Below are positions 8,887 through 17,296 of a stretch of 64,000 nt of DNA, piece by piece (position 1 is the first letter of the stretch; the number at the start of each line of letters is the position of its first letter). The stretch is from a virus (lineage: Duplodnaviria; Caudoviricetes), in IMG/VR virus record IMGVR_UViG_3300025909_000005. One strand, 5' to 3'. The translations under genes were made by a program, and so were the position numbers. The notes beneath the pieces were generated by a model. It was given only the letters and a program-made list of their open reading frames with translations, did no database searches and was not told the DNA's origin.

Positions 8887-9414
8887 ATGACTCATCCCAT
8901 CATCTACAACGTGGTAGACAAGGAGCTGACAGATTACTTCTGGAAGTTCGCACAGTCGGTAGAAGCACAAGACGAGGCTCTTGAGATCTTCCAAAACACT
9001 GCAACGGGCGGCCGCCGAACAGAAGAGGATCATCTCGTTGATTGCATCTACGGTGTAGTAGGAGAACTTGCCGCGTTTAAGCGTCTCTCGACGGCAGGTT
9101 GGAAGTGTGAACGTTCCGCTGCCTGGTCACCAGCAACTGCTCATATTGATGGGCATTTGTTGTCGCGACCGGTAGACATCAAACTAAAGTATCGGGGCGG
9201 TGACCGTTTCGAACAAACCCTCAATGAGAAGAGGTTGTGCGAGGAGCACGACGACAACATTCTTTACATCTGCATCGAGATGGTCAATGAGGAGTTGATG
9301 TTCAGGGGTGAGCGTTATTTCAAAGATCTTCGCGAGTCATCGATAGGCAAAGGCGACTACGCATATCGAGACGAGCTACAACAACTACTTGGACCAAATG
9401 CAACTACTCTCTGA
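8887..9414 (+). CDS. putative PD-(D/E)xK nuclease
   Basis: GVVGELA, HIDG and VDIKLK in restriction-fold order; less biased codon use than neighbours. Confidence 0.45.
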   Translation: MTHPIIYNVVDKELTDYFWKFAQSVEAQDEALEIFQNTATGGRRTEEDHLVDCIYGVVGELAAFKRLSTAGWKCERSAAWSPATAHIDGHLLSRPVDIKLKYRGGDRFEQTLNEKRLCEEHDDNILYICIEMVNEELMFRGERYFKDLRESSIGKGDYAYRDELQQLLGPNATTL

Positions 9415-9907
9415 GGTCTCACGGCCATACATCGTCGACTCCATCACTTCACCGATGGGTGTCACCCACTTCTGGACCTTCTCAGGTCACATGATGGACT
9501 TCAAGCTCGAGGCACTCGAGTACCTTGAGGAAACCATCGGACCGACCATGAAGATCCGAGTGCAGAACCTCGAGATCGAAATGCCGACCTCGTGGTCCCT
9601 CGTCGCTGTTGACAAGGAGACGTACACGATCGACACGATCCCCGTCACCGCCTGCGCCACCTTCGAACACGACATCCTGCTCTTTTCACCAGATGATAGC
9701 AAGCTCGTCACGACGAAGCTGAACGTCGTCGACTTCAAGGAGAAGGCGTCGTGCATTCACCCGATGATTCCAAAGGGCTCTGCAATGATCCACCCCACAG
9801 GTCCAGAGCGCTCACACGGCCGTGACATTTTCTATGGGATTGTGTGCGGCCCCCATGATCTTGTGAGATTCATTGGCGGTAGGACTGTGGGCGATATTTT
9901 GGGTTAA
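9398..9907 (+). CDS. hypothetical phage protein
   Basis: 169-aa ORF with typical codon bias. Confidence 0.75.
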   Translation: MQLLSEVSRPYIVDSITSPMGVTHFWTFSGHMMDFKLEALEYLEETIGPTMKIRVQNLEIEMPTSWSLVAVDKETYTIDTIPVTACATFEHDILLFSPDDSKLVTTKLNVVDFKEKASCIHPMIPKGSAMIHPTGPERSHGRDIFYGIVCGPHDLVRFIGGRTVGDILG

Positions 9908-9915
9908 GAGCTCAG

Positions 9916-9921
9916 TAAATA
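9916..9921 (+). promoter_or_regulatory. TAAATA late-type promoter with a ~100-nt structured leader
   Basis: intergenic TAAATA; TCCTTGT 9981-9987 can pair with ACAAGGA 10008-10014, covering the RBS. Confidence 0.45.
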
Positions 9922-10020
9922 TGGCAGGCCAATTCTGTACACATTGACCTGGCCGACTTAGCTCTGGGCTTGGAACCCCATCCTTGTTAGGCAGCCTTAA
10001 CCTGTACACAAGGAGGATTC

Positions 10021-10305
10021 ATGCAATCCTATCAAGTAGTCGCTACTGGAAAAGCGTGGGCGCATAATGGTGCCTATCGCTACATCACTTCTGTCCGTCT
10101 TCATCCAGGCGGTTACATTTTCCCAAAAGAGTTTGCTGCAGAGCAAATTGAAAAGGGAGAGTGGTCGCTCTTTACCTCAGATATCTGGGGCAACAAGACG
10201 CCGGTGCTTGCTCGCCATTTGCGAAATGGTCATCCCTTCTTGATCACGGAGGCTGACAAGTCTGTGATTAACAACTTGCTGAGCTTGCCAGATATCTTGA
10301 CCTAA
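10021..10305 (+). CDS. DUF3892 family protein
   Basis: ITSV...EQIEKG...FLITEADKSVINNLLSLP pattern; strong AGGAGG RBS. Confidence 0.65.
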   Translation: MQSYQVVATGKAWAHNGAYRYITSVRLHPGGYIFPKEFAAEQIEKGEWSLFTSDIWGNKTPVLARHLRNGHPFLITEADKSVINNLLSLPDILT

Positions 10306-10949
10306 GGCCGCTCAACCTTGAAGAGCTTCTTTAGCTTCCAAGGATCGACGCCAAGAGCAATCGCGGCGTCTTTTCCAGAAGGATAGAGAACTCCATCAAT
10401 GATGCACGGCTTAGCCGCCGGGTTTCCACCGCCCTGACGTTGCTTAGAAGGTTTCTCGGCAATGCCAGGGCGGCTCTGTTTAATTCGCTCCATCTGTTCA
10501 GGAGTTCGTTTCTTCCCTGTCTGTGCAGCGCTCTTCTTCGCTTTCACGTCAGGTCGATTCTGCGCAATCTTCAAGGAAGCTGATTGATGAGCACGCCACT
10601 CATCTGTTCGAATCACATCGCGCGATCCAGCTCCACCACTTGTCTTGTTTGTGAGCTGACCTGTTCCAAGATCGAGCCGACCAAATTTTGCGATGTACTC
10701 GCGCTCTTTGTCTGACGCCTCTTGCTTGCTCATACCATCATGTAGAATGCGCTCACGAACAGCGAGACCTTCAACCTGAATTTCCTTGATGAGCTGGCTT
10801 TTGACGTCGTTGGCCTTAATGACACCACCGTTCGCAACGTGCTTGGCGTGAAATGAAACCCTACCCGGCCGACCCATTCCGACATAGAAAACCTCATGCG
10901 TGAGCGGGTGCTCTAGGAAGTACACTTGATAGTCTCGGTGAGCATGCAT
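10302..10949 (-). mobile_element. free-standing GIY-YIG homing endonuclease with a NUMOD3-like tail
   Basis: YQVYFLEH...FYVGMG..GR, LTNKTSGGAG, basic SAAQTGKKRTPEQ tail; reverse strand. Confidence 0.8.
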
Positions 10950-10961
10950 ATATCTTATCCA

Positions 10962-10983
10962 TAAATAGTCTCCTCAGTATTTA
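10962..10983. promoter_or_regulatory. face-to-face TAAATA late promoters
   Basis: TAAATA 10962-10967 (+, endolysin) and TATTTA 10978-10983 (-, GIY-YIG). Confidence 0.55.
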
Positions 10984-11002
10984 CAAACGTGACGGAGCCT
11001 TC

Positions 11003-11584
11003 ATGACCTACAGCATCGCATTTCAAAAAGCAATCAACAACGTCATGAAGTATGAGGTTGGTGGATTCTGGAATGTGAATGATCCAGCTGTTCCGCAGGG
11101 GCTGATCGATACGTACGCCCATCGCCGCGCGGTGGGTTACACGAACGACCCCAATGACAACGGCGGTGAGACGAAGTTCGGTGTCGCAAAGTCAGGCAAC
11201 CCTGACCTTGACATTACGGACCTGACGTGGGCTCAAGCTCAGTCCGTCTACTTCATCCGCTACTGGCTTGCCGCGCAGTGCGACAAGCTTCATGACCGCG
11301 TTGCTGCCCTTCATTTCGACGGTGCAGTCAATCACGGCATTCGGCGCGAGAACATGTTCCTTCAACGTGCAGTTGGCGTGACACCTGATGGTGTCGTAGG
11401 TCCTGTCACTCTCGCCAAGACGAATGGCATGAACGACATCACGGTCTGCAATCGCATCTGCGACCAACGTGAACAGTTCTACCGCAACATCGTCGTCAAC
11501 AATCCTTCCCAAGCTAGGTACCTTGCCGGCTGGCTGCGTCGTGTAGCCGAGGTTCGTGCCTGGACGACGGGTCCAGGCTTCTAA
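11003..11584 (+). CDS. endolysin, glycoside hydrolase family 108 with C-terminal peptidoglycan-binding domain
   Basis: GYTNDPNDNGGETKFGV, YFIRYW, HFDGAVNHG, LQRAVGVTPDGVVGPVTL, GWLRRV. Confidence 0.88.
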   Translation: MTYSIAFQKAINNVMKYEVGGFWNVNDPAVPQGLIDTYAHRRAVGYTNDPNDNGGETKFGVAKSGNPDLDITDLTWAQAQSVYFIRYWLAAQCDKLHDRVAALHFDGAVNHGIRRENMFLQRAVGVTPDGVVGPVTLAKTNGMNDITVCNRICDQREQFYRNIVVNNPSQARYLAGWLRRVAEVRAWTTGPGF

Positions 11585-11706
11585 GAACTCAATCGCAAAA
11601 CGGGTGCTGCGGCACCTGTTGTTGCTTCCGTGTCTTGACGCCGCTAAGTTACAATATTCTTATTGGTTGTCAAGCACTGCTATGTACAACCAACTGAATT
11701 TTCTCA

Positions 11707-14064
11707 ATGGAACAAACAAAAACAGTCGTCAAGCGTGACGGCAGCAGGGTCGACTTCGATCTTGCAAAGTGGCAAGCTCAAATTGCCAAGGTCTGCGAAG
11801 GAGTGGCAGACGTTTCGCCATCGATGATCGAGATGGCAGCTCAAGCACAGTTTCACGAGGGCATGACGACTCGTAAGCTGGACGAGATTGCACTGCGCTC
11901 GATGGTCGACCTGATCGATGAGACAGAGCACCCTGACGTGGGCAACGTCAACTACCAGTTCGCCGCTGGTAAGCAGCGAATCACGATGCTCCGCAAGGAC
12001 GTCTACGGTCAGTACCAGCCACCGCGCCTGTACGAGATCGTCAAGAAGAACGTGGAGAAGAAGCTCTACACACCTGACCTTCTCGTGTGGTACACGGAAG
12101 AGGAGTGGGATCACCTCGAGCGCCACATCGACCACGAGAAGGATGAGCTCATGCCCTACGCGGCAGTTGACCAGCTCATCGAGAAGTACCTCGTCCAGAA
12201 CCGCGTGACAGGTGAGGTCGTTGAATCTCCACAGGTCCGCTACATGGTGGCCGCTGCAACTGCCTTCCACGCCGAGAAGAAGGATCGCCTCAAGTGGGTC
12301 AAGGAGTTCTACGCGTCTGCGTCGGACGGTCTGTTCACACTCGCAACTCCAGTCCTCGCTGGTCTTGGCACCAAGACGAAGCAGTTCAGCTCGTGCGTGC
12401 TCATCAAGTCTGACGACACGCTGAAGTCGATCTTCGCCTCTGGTCAGGTGCTCGCCGACTACGCCTCGAAGAAGGCCGGCATCGGTCTTGACGTCAGCCG
12501 TCTTCGTCCGCTGGGTGCACCAATTCGCCAAGGCGAGATCAAGCACACCGGTTACATTCCCTTCCTGAAGAAGTGGTTTGCTGACCTGCGTTCATGCTCG
12601 GCGGGTGGCATCCGCAACGCCGCTGCAACTGTCACGTACCCAATCTGGCACTACCAGTTCGATGACCTCATCGTCCTCAAGAACAACCAAGGCACCGAAG
12701 AGAACCGCGTCCGCCACATGGACTACTCGGTCGTGCTCAATGCCTTCTTCTGGCGTCGCCTGAAGCAGCAGGGCATCATCACGTTCTTCGACCCGAACGA
12801 AGTGCCTGAGATGTACGAGACCTTCTACCGTGACACGGCTGAGTTCGAGAAGCTGTACGAGTACAACGAGAAGAACGCCGCCAAGCTTGGTCTCCGCACC
12901 AAGTCGATGCCAGCTGAGACGGTCTTCAAGGACATGCTCGTCAAGGAGCGTGGTGAAACTGGCCGCATCTACCTGCTGAACATCGACAACGTGATGAACC
13001 AGGGTCCGTTCGATGCGTCGATCCACCCGATCTACCAGTCGAACCTCTGCCAAGAGATCATGCTGCCGACCCGCGCCTTCCAAACGGTTGACGACATGAA
13101 CGGTCGCATCGCGCTCTGCACCTTGGGCTCGATGAACTGGGGAGCCTTCCGTCACCCAGAAGAGATGCGCCGTCCACTGCGTCAGCTGCAGCGCATGCTG
13201 CACAACCTGCTGCAGTACCAAGACTTCCTGACCATCCAGTCTGAGCTCCACAACAAGGAGTTCGAGCCGCTCGGTATCGGCATCACGAACCTCGCCTACT
13301 GGCATGCCAAGCGCAAGCTCAAGTACGGTGAGACGGAAGCCCTTGCTGAAGTCAAGAAGTGGATGGAGCACATGTCGTTCTACGCGACTGAAGGCACCGT
13401 CGACCTGGCACAGGAGAAGGGAAAGTGCCTGGAATCTGACAATACCTGGTACGGTCGTGGCGTGTTCACTCACGAACGTCGTGCAAAGGGTGTCAACGAG
13501 CTGACCGACTTCACGCCGTCTCCTGACCTGGCATGGGAGCAGCTTCGTGAACGCATGAAGGTCTACGGCGTCCGCAACGCCACGACCATCGCGCTGCCAC
13601 CAGTTGAGTCCTCGTCTGTCGCCATCTCTGGTGTCGGCTCCACGAACGGCATCTCCTTTGTCAAGAACCTGATCACGATCAAGTCCTCGAAGGCAGGTGA
13701 CTTCGCTCAAGTCGTTCCCGAGTACAAGAAGCTCAAGAACTACTACCAGCTTCTGTGGGACCAGCCAGACTGCATCGAGTACCTGAAGACGGTTGCTGTG
13801 CTGCAGGCCTACACCGACCAGGGCATCTCGTGCGACACGTTCTACTCGCCGAAGTTCTTCCCTGAAGGCAAGATTCCTGTCACACTCGTGATCAAGAACC
13901 TCATGCTGTTCCACTACTGGGGCGGCAAGTCCAACTACTACCACCTCGTCGACAAGCAGGCGCTCATTGACAGCCTGTCTGCCGAGAAGACGGACAGCCA
14001 CGTGGAGTTTGAACCGCTTCCCGAGATTGAAGAAGACGAATACTGCGAGGCGTGTGTTCTGTGA
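11707..14064 (+). CDS. nrdA: class Ia ribonucleotide reductase alpha subunit
   Basis: ATP cone VVKRDGS, FSSC, SNLCQEI, ALCTLG, NYY, C-terminal CEAC. Confidence 0.96.
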   Translation: MEQTKTVVKRDGSRVDFDLAKWQAQIAKVCEGVADVSPSMIEMAAQAQFHEGMTTRKLDEIALRSMVDLIDETEHPDVGNVNYQFAAGKQRITMLRKDVYGQYQPPRLYEIVKKNVEKKLYTPDLLVWYTEEEWDHLERHIDHEKDELMPYAAVDQLIEKYLVQNRVTGEVVESPQVRYMVAAATAFHAEKKDRLKWVKEFYASASDGLFTLATPVLAGLGTKTKQFSSCVLIKSDDTLKSIFASGQVLADYASKKAGIGLDVSRLRPLGAPIRQGEIKHTGYIPFLKKWFADLRSCSAGGIRNAAATVTYPIWHYQFDDLIVLKNNQGTEENRVRHMDYSVVLNAFFWRRLKQQGIITFFDPNEVPEMYETFYRDTAEFEKLYEYNEKNAAKLGLRTKSMPAETVFKDMLVKERGETGRIYLLNIDNVMNQGPFDASIHPIYQSNLCQEIMLPTRAFQTVDDMNGRIALCTLGSMNWGAFRHPEEMRRPLRQLQRMLHNLLQYQDFLTIQSELHNKEFEPLGIGITNLAYWHAKRKLKYGETEALAEVKKWMEHMSFYATEGTVDLAQEKGKCLESDNTWYGRGVFTHERRAKGVNELTDFTPSPDLAWEQLRERMKVYGVRNATTIALPPVESSSVAISGVGSTNGISFVKNLITIKSSKAGDFAQVVPEYKKLKNYYQLLWDQPDCIEYLKTVAVLQAYTDQGISCDTFYSPKFFPEGKIPVTLVIKNLMLFHYWGGKSNYYHLVDKQALIDSLSAEKTDSHVEFEPLPEIEEDEYCEACVL

Positions 14065-14264
14065 CAAGAGAAGAGTTTGACATCGAACTCCGTAAAGTGT
14101 GCGACGCGACAAAGGGTTGCGTCGTCTTCACGGGTTCACCAACACGAAGCGACGCCTTCCTCGGCGAATTTTCGTTCGACGCCGCATGGCGGTTGTGGCT
14201 GAGAGATGGTTACACCGGCATGCGCGTGACGACCGAAGAAGAGAGCAACGACGAAATTTTCTAA
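14061..14264 (+). CDS. hypothetical protein between nrdA and nrdB
   Basis: overlaps both neighbouring start/stop codons. Confidence 0.5.
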   Translation: MTREEFDIELRKVCDATKGCVVFTGSPTRSDAFLGEFSFDAAWRLWLRDGYTGMRVTTEEESNDEIF

Positions 14265-15397
14265 TGAGCCAACTAGACTACACCAAGATTCCCGACTACG
14301 CCCACCGCCAGATGTTCCTGGACCCGGCAGGCCCAGTCACCATTCAGCGCTACGAAGAGTATGCGTTCCCAAAGCTGGCACAGTTCCTTGCGACACAGAA
14401 GGGCGCATTTTGGTCGCCAAATGAAGTGACGTTGATGAAGGATCAGATTGACTTCAAGGAAGCATCGAAGTCGACCCGCCACATCTACACGTCGAACCTT
14501 CTGCGTCAGACGATGCTCGACTCCATTCAGGGTCGTTCGCCTGTTCAGATCTTCACGCCTGTCTCGTCCGTGCCTGAGATGGAGGGCCTCGCCCTCTGGT
14601 GGTCGGCCTTCGAGCAGATCCACAGCGAGTCGTACTCGCACATCATCAAGAACATCTACCAGGTCCCAGTCGAGCAGTTCAACGCCATTCACGGCATCTC
14701 TGAGATCACCGAGATGGCCTCAGGCATCGACCTCCACTACAACCACTTGCACGAGCTGAACTCCAAGATCGTCGCCTACCAGAAGGCCAAGCGAGAAGGT
14801 GCTCCTGCAATCGTGCTGAAGTGGCTCGAGGTCACCGAGCATGACCACGTCAAGGCAATCTGGATGGCGCTCATCGCGTCCTACGGCCTTGAAGCGATTC
14901 GCTTCATGGTCTCGTTCGCGACGTCCCTCGGCATGGTCGAGAACAAGATCTTCATCGGTTCAGGCAACCTCATCTCCCTGATTCTGCAGGACGAAACGCT
15001 TCACACGAAGTGGACCGCCTACATCATCAACCAACTGGTGAAGGTTGACCCACGTTTCCGTGAAGTCGCCAACGAACTGCGCAAGGAAACCCTGGACGCC
15101 CTCATCTCAGTCATCGATGAAGAGAAGAACTGGGCACGCTACCTCTTCAAGGAAGGCCCAATGATCGGCCTAAACGAGAAGATCATGGTGGACTTCGTCG
15201 ATCACACAGCTCCACTGAAGCTTGCTGAGATCGGTGTCAAGATTCCGACGCGTGTCAAGTCGACCCCGCTGCCGTGGTACAACAAGCACTTCAACACAAA
15301 CAAGAAGCAGACTGCGCTCCAGGAAAACGAGAGCGTCAGCTACGTCCTTGGTGCCATGACAAGCACCATCAACTACGAAGAACTTCCTTCCCTCTAA
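14264..15397 (+). CDS. nrdB: class Ia ribonucleotide reductase beta subunit
   Basis: LDSIQGR, FEQIHSESY (radical Tyr), LEAIRF, QDETLH diiron motifs. Confidence 0.95.
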   Translation: MSQLDYTKIPDYAHRQMFLDPAGPVTIQRYEEYAFPKLAQFLATQKGAFWSPNEVTLMKDQIDFKEASKSTRHIYTSNLLRQTMLDSIQGRSPVQIFTPVSSVPEMEGLALWWSAFEQIHSESYSHIIKNIYQVPVEQFNAIHGISEITEMASGIDLHYNHLHELNSKIVAYQKAKREGAPAIVLKWLEVTEHDHVKAIWMALIASYGLEAIRFMVSFATSLGMVENKIFIGSGNLISLILQDETLHTKWTAYIINQLVKVDPRFREVANELRKETLDALISVIDEEKNWARYLFKEGPMIGLNEKIMVDFVDHTAPLKLAEIGVKIPTRVKSTPLPWYNKHFNTNKKQTALQENESVSYVLGAMTSTINYEELPSL

Positions 15398-15405
15398 GGA
15401 GCAAC

Positions 15406-15624
15406 ATGTACACCGTTTTCACGAAAGACAACTGCACGTTCTGCGACCAAGCCAAGGCTCTCCTCACTACGAAGGGCATCCCCTTCTCCGTGAAGAAGCT
15501 GGGTGAGGACATCACCCGTGACGAGCTTCTCGCTCTCATTCCTACCGCCCGCACCATGCCCCAGATCCTGAAGGATGGTCAACCTATCGGTGGCTTCACG
15601 GAGCTTCGCGCACAACTTCAGTGA
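15406..15624 (+). CDS. glutaredoxin
   Basis: CTFC active site, RTMPQI; follows nrdB. Confidence 0.9.
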   Translation: MYTVFTKDNCTFCDQAKALLTTKGIPFSVKKLGEDITRDELLALIPTARTMPQILKDGQPIGGFTELRAQLQ

Positions 15625-15653
15625 TGTACTTTCGGGTGGTTGCAGATTATAAT
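15624..15653 (+). promoter_or_regulatory. early-type promoter
   Basis: ATGTAC-N18-TATAAT. Confidence 0.6.
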
Positions 15654-15659
15654 GGACCT

Positions 15660-15956
15660 ATGACCACCCAACTCAACATTCCCGCGTCGGCCTTGGCAGC
15701 AGAAAAGTGCGCCAAGGCCGACGGTGTTTCGGACATCGTCAAGTGGATGGACGAGCAGCTGAAGGCGCAGACCAAGGCTGTCGAGTCTGCCCGCAAGGAC
15801 CGTGCTTCGTTCGGCATGTACGAGGACTGCGGTGAGTTCTACGTGACCCGCGTTTACGAGGAGGAAGCCCGACTCGCGACGATGCTCTCGTGGAAGATCA
15901 GCACGGAGAAGTACATGAAGAAGCTCCGTCACGAAGCACGAGAGGCCCTCGAATGA
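15660..15956 (+). CDS. hypothetical protein
   Basis: ATG immediately after the promoter. Confidence 0.7.
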   Translation: MTTQLNIPASALAAEKCAKADGVSDIVKWMDEQLKAQTKAVESARKDRASFGMYEDCGEFYVTRVYEEEARLATMLSWKISTEKYMKKLRHEAREALE

Positions 15957-16108
15957 AACCAATCTACGCCATCATCGCAGGTGTCGCTCTTGCCCTGATC
16001 GGCACCTACTTCTACGCGGTGGTCCGAATGGACCCCGCAATCTTCCTCAGCGCTCTCGGTGGGGCCATCACGGCTGACGGCATTCGCCGCTATCGGGAGG
16101 CGCGATGA
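15953..16108 (+). CDS. small membrane protein
   Basis: hydrophobic 51 aa, ATGA-coupled. Confidence 0.55.
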   Translation: MKPIYAIIAGVALALIGTYFYAVVRMDPAIFLSALGGAITADGIRRYREAR

Positions 16109-16389
16109 AGCGCAAGAAGATGCTCTACACGCCCGAGCCCGCCCTGAAGCGGCTCGTGGAGCTGGCCAAGAAGGAGCTCAAGCAGCAGATCGAGGCAGGT
16201 GTACCGCCCATGAACAAGCAGCGGTGCCGAAACCAAGCGATCGTGAACTACTCCGAGGGTTGCGTGAACCTCGAGGGCTGCCACCACCACTTCATGAACA
16301 TGTGCGGTGACTATGGCCTGACCGGCGAGGAAGCTGCGCTGCTCAACACTATCACGGCGAAGTACGCCGACTACTACGACAGGAAGTAG
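16105..16389 (+). CDS. hypothetical protein
   Basis: 94-aa ORF, coupled. Confidence 0.65.
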   Translation: MKRKKMLYTPEPALKRLVELAKKELKQQIEAGVPPMNKQRCRNQAIVNYSEGCVNLEGCHHHFMNMCGDYGLTGEEAALLNTITAKYADYYDRK

Positions 16390-16391
16390 CC

Positions 16392-16592
16392 ATGACGGTC
16401 CTCTTTGTCTTCACTTTCGGGATCGTGTTCATCGTCGCTGCGACGTTGGCGTACCTCGCCTCCTTGGACCGCCGCTCATACGTGCAGACGCGAGCCAAAC
16501 AGCCGGCCCGGGTCTACACCTACACCTGCAAGGGCTGTGGATCAGGAACCGAGACCGGAGCCGCCTGCTCGTACTGCCGTCTCCCTCGCTAA
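16392..16592 (+). CDS. membrane protein with C-terminal CxxC..CxxC zinc ribbon
   Basis: N-terminal TM; CKGC and CSYC. Confidence 0.6.
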   Translation: MTVLFVFTFGIVFIVAATLAYLASLDRRSYVQTRAKQPARVYTYTCKGCGSGTETGAACSYCRLPR

Positions 16593-16593
16593 G

Positions 16594-16625
16594 CGCGCGG
16601 GTAATAGCATTAGTGGCTAGATAGC
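16594..16625. repeat. 32-bp exact repeat, copy 1
   Basis: CGCGCGGGTAATAGCATTAGTGGCTAGATAGC, identical to 49531-49562. Confidence 0.9.
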
Positions 16626-16648
16626 GCCCGCTTTACGCGGGCTTTTTG
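16626..16648 (+). terminator. rho-independent terminator
   Basis: GCCCGC-TTTAC-GCGGGC followed by a T-run. Confidence 0.75.
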
Positions 16649-16652
16649 TTGC

Positions 16653-16686
16653 CTGCTCCTAAATATCGGATCAACTATAGGAGCAG
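16653..16686 (+). promoter_or_regulatory. late promoter inside an RBS-sequestering hairpin
   Basis: TAAATA 16660-16665; CTGCTCCTA 16653-16661 is complementary to TAGGAGCAG 16678-16686. Confidence 0.7.
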
Positions 16687-16689
16687 ATC

Positions 16690-17256
16690 TTGGCAGTAAC
16701 CCTCGACCAAGTCACACAGGCGGCTCAAGCCGCCGCACAGGCAGCTTCCACGGCTGCAAACGTCGCCGCCACTCTCAACACCAGCGTCGTCACAGTCTTT
16801 GGCTATCACCTGAACATCGCCAGTTTGGCGCTGGTTCTTGGCATCCTCGCCATTGTCTACTTCATCTACAGAACTCAGAGGTCTGAGAAGCTTGACTTTG
16901 CTGACATGCTCACCGCAGATGGTAGAAAGGTGTCAACATCAAAGATTCTCCAGCTGCTCGGTGGTCTGACGTCGACATGGTTCGTTCTGAAGACGGGCCT
17001 TGCAGGCACCCTCTCTCCTGAAATCTTCGGCATCTACCTCGTGTACGTTGGCGGTGTAGAAGGCTTCTCGAAGTTCATGATGGCGAAGTACAACTACTCT
17101 GAGACCTCGGTCAAGGACGCAGCTGCGGTACCACCGCCTGGTCCGAACGACGGCGGCAAGGATGTTGGACCGATCAAGGAAACGACGAAGACCACGCTCG
17201 ATTCTGATGGTAACGTTCTTAGCGTAGACAAGACGACTGAGAAGGGCACCAGCTAA
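16690..17256 (+). CDS. late membrane protein, holin candidate
   Basis: TTG start with AGGAG RBS; about three hydrophobic segments; charged C-terminus. Confidence 0.55.
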   Translation: MAVTLDQVTQAAQAAAQAASTAANVAATLNTSVVTVFGYHLNIASLALVLGILAIVYFIYRTQRSEKLDFADMLTADGRKVSTSKILQLLGGLTSTWFVLKTGLAGTLSPEIFGIYLVYVGGVEGFSKFMMAKYNYSETSVKDAAAVPPPGPNDGGKDVGPIKETTKTTLDSDGNVLSVDKTTEKGTS

Positions 17257-17293
17257 CCTGGTCCTAAATAGAAGGTTCAAACCAGGAACCTTC
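17257..17293 (+). promoter_or_regulatory. late promoter with RBS-occluding hairpins
   Basis: TAAATA 17265-17270; CCTGGT/ACCAGG and GAAGGTTC/GAACCTTC inverted repeats. Confidence 0.6.
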
Positions 17294-17296
17294 ATA

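Noticed and set aside
11650-11690. CAATA-TTCT-TATTG dyad upstream of nrdA as an NrdR box
   Set aside because: Half-site spacing is 4 bp longer than the NrdR consensus; the adjacent TTGGTTGT/ACAACCAA stem is also unexplained but too weak to call
11707-15397. Introns or inteins in nrdA, nrdB, uvsW or DNA ligase
   Set aside because: All have normal lengths and contiguous motifs; the 67-aa ORF between nrdA and nrdB shows no endonuclease motif
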